DNA of 64,000 bases from Thalia democratica (taxonomy: Eukaryota). The DNA lies in contig OZ241834.1 of NCBI GenBank assembly GCA_965202585.1, positions 17,112,001 through 17,176,000 of the forward strand. The letters are read 5' to 3'. Shown here one piece after another: positions 61,571-64,000 of the stretch. Numbering within the stretch: position 1 is the first letter of the stretch; every line of letters starts with the position of its first letter. Both the position numbers and the translations under genes were made by a program. A model generated the notes under the pieces. That model made no database searches, was not told where the DNA came from, and worked only from the letters and a program-made list of their open reading frames with translations.

Positions 61571-61882
61571 CAAAGGTCGGCAGCCTTTTGTAACTCACTG
61601 TTAACGATCAGGGGCCGCACTACTTTTAAAAGTCTTCAAGGGCTGCAGTTGTTTGAAAATAAGTGTACAAATCAGTACAAAATTCAGTTTTTAACTAAAA
61701 CAATAATAAAATAAGCAATAATAAAGAACTTATAAGCATTATTTATTTACAATATGAGCCTTGTTATAATTTTTTATTAAAAATTTCGTTATTATAATGG
61801 TTTTAAAAAAGAATGTTTTTAGCTAAAAGTGCCTCGTGGGCCGCAGATTTTGGCTTAGAGGGCCGCAGTTTTCCGACCCCTG
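61571..61882. mobile_element. hAT (Charlie/Buster-like) MITE, 312 bp
   Basis: 8-bp TSD ttctagat (61563-61570 and 61883-61890) with central TA. TIRs caaaggtcggcag / revcomp caggggtcggaaa; internal ggccgca motifs. Confidence 0.85.
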
Positions 61883-64000
61883 TTCTAGATTCAATCTATC
61901 TAACTTTATTTTACATTTTGTTTGTTTTAAAAAGACTTACTTATGATTTTAAACTTGTTTGATCTATATTCTATGATTAAGTTTTTGCAACAGCTACTTT
62001 TTTTTTATAAGTGTTATTAATAAAATATTTCTATGCTTTTAGCAGTAGCTATTTACAGTTGAAAGATCTTTGGGTATGCACTTAATCACAATCAAGTTAA
62101 TTCGTGAAGAACTAGTTTAAAAAGCTTTTTTTGTTACTACTATTTTTCTGTTTTTATTGTTAAGTAATTTAGTTGTGGTACTTTTTCTTATAATCTATAT
62201 CGACTTATAAAAGAAAATATTTAACATCTTTTTGTTATTTTTATACATACCACTAAATGTTCAATACTAATTTTAAATTTGAAAGTTATTTATTGTTGTT
62301 ATCTATTTCTACTGGGTAGGTGTTAAAAATGCATGACAGTATCTTGTACAAAAAATCACTTTTGCACTAGTTTTAATTTAAATTTATTTTAATTGTGTTT
62401 CAAATTAATTGTTAATTTTTCCAGCCCTGCAAAAGATGTTAAATTGTATCTAAGTAGTGTACGACTCGATACTAAAAAAGTTTTTTTGGTATACAAGGTC
62501 GTTTGACTAAATTATTTTTGAGCACTTTTTTTCGTTCAATAAACTATTATTGATATATTTTTTAATGTAATTGTAAAACATAAATACTTGTATAAAACTT
62601 TTTAGGATATTTTTTTTTATTTTCGTTTTCCGTTAACTATAACTTAAACTGTAAAAAAATATTCATAAGCGACGATGTAAAAAAAAAGACCCATCCCCGT
62701 ATCTATCTACTATACATTACACTATATCTACTATATATGGTTGTTTTCACTTAATTATTTATAATGAATGTGTACTGAATATTTTTTTGTAATAGTTATG
62801 GATAAATATGAAAATACATTTGTAAACGAAACAAACAATCAAAACACCAAAGTTGTTATGCTATTAAATAAAGTAGAAAACTTCTTATTTATCAAAGTTT
62901 CTAATTTAACTTACTCATTTATTAATAATTAACTACTTCATTTAGATTTGAAAATAAACAGAAAAAAAAATTCTTACTAAGTTTAACTAGTTTAAAAGTT
63001 TTAGATGATAAAAACAAACTAATAAAAAATATGTATAATGAATCTAAACGAACTTGTAATATTTGTAAAAATTTCTATAAATGACTTTTCATAGTATACA
63101 ATCAGCTCTAAAAAATCTTATTGTTATAAACTAAAACTATTACTGTTTTAGGTAACTTAGCAATACTTTTTTTTTGTTAAGGTTTTTATTGACTTTCGTA
63201 ACGTTAGAAAACTTATTTATAAGTTTTATACGTACAACAGAGATTTAATTACATAAGAAGTAAATCTTACAACGTTACGGTTATTATAAAATAATCATTA
63301 AAACATGATACAAATAAATTTGATTAAAAAAATAAAATTTACTCCTTTATTAAACTTGAAAAAAAATATCAGTTATAAAAGTTTTATTTTTGAGATTAAG
63401 GAATTTAAACTATACATTAAGCTTTGATTTACGATTATATAGAAATTAAAAGCTAAATTTATTACAACATTTAGTTGTTAAACTGTTTTACTAAATATCT
63501 TAAATAAAAGCTTTTCTACCAAAGATCTAAGAAATTTAAAAACAAAAATTACGTTTTTAAGTAACTGTTTAGCATTAGTTTTTATTTTATATGTAAAATG
63601 TAGTATAGATATGAAGGAGAAGTTAATATTTTAGCAAGCTTTTAAGGTAAAACAATTAATTTAACTTTATTATCAAAGAGTACATGATAAACAACTAAAT
63701 ATTTAGTTAGTTTTACAACTTTTTATTATATTTTAGTGCACAACATTTAAAGATAATTACAATATGCAATTAAATTTTTTACTTTATTAAAGTAATAAAA
63801 AATTTAGACACTCATAAGTTTAACAAATACAATCATTTAAGTGTAGTTTACAAAAATTATTATAAGCTAGCTACTTCAAGTTGTATGCCTATAAGGCTTT
63901 GTAAGGTTATATTTTATAAACATAAACTTATTCTTAGAGTTAGTTTAAATGTTTGTATAACTTTAAAATAAACAAAACTAGTTTAATGTTACTTTTACCT

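Noticed and set aside
62695-62740. atctatctactatac...tatctactatat as a Helitron 5' end
   Set aside because: No matching 3' hairpin or CTRR end was found, and it may be simple low-complexity sequence.
53200-64000. Short ORFs in the AT-rich upstream region (54359, 55818, 55975, 58711, 60819) and similar ones elsewhere
   Set aside because: They use non-ATG starts or have F/L/I/K-biased composition typical of random AT-rich DNA, with no domains.
1-64000. tRNA, rRNA or snRNA genes
   Set aside because: None recognised by eye; a tRNAscan-SE/Infernal run would be needed to exclude small RNAs.

Overview
AT-rich eukaryotic (animal, probably invertebrate) genomic window with GT-AG spliceosomal introns; no prokaryotic features were found. 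From left to right it contains: (1) 1-3.4 kb, small repeats and a transposase relic. (2) About 3.4-17.8 kb, a ~161-bp tandem satellite with a ~969-bp six-monomer higher-order repeat. It is interrupted at 5482-13054 by an intact, very recent Ty3/Gypsy LTR retrotransposon with CsRn1-type features: 740-bp apparently identical LTRs, a 4-bp TAAT TSD, gag starting inside the LTR, and a -1 frameshift site with a predicted pseudoknot. (3) 21.6-34.4 kb, a near-identical 6.4-kb tandem duplication. It copies an intronless, atypical S1A serine protease gene and the last exon of the neighbouring gene; the junction removes the protease's C-terminal hydrophobic anchor in one copy. (4) 33.5-53.2 kb on the minus strand, an 18-exon GMEB-like SAND (KDWK) transcription factor gene reconstructed by hand. 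Its introns hold a decayed RTE LINE, a 90-bp-arm hairpin and a CpG-rich dual-frame candidate exon. (5) 53-64 kb, AT-rich upstream DNA with a hAT MITE and possible distal first exons. All alignments, phases and counts were done by eye; no database searches were run.
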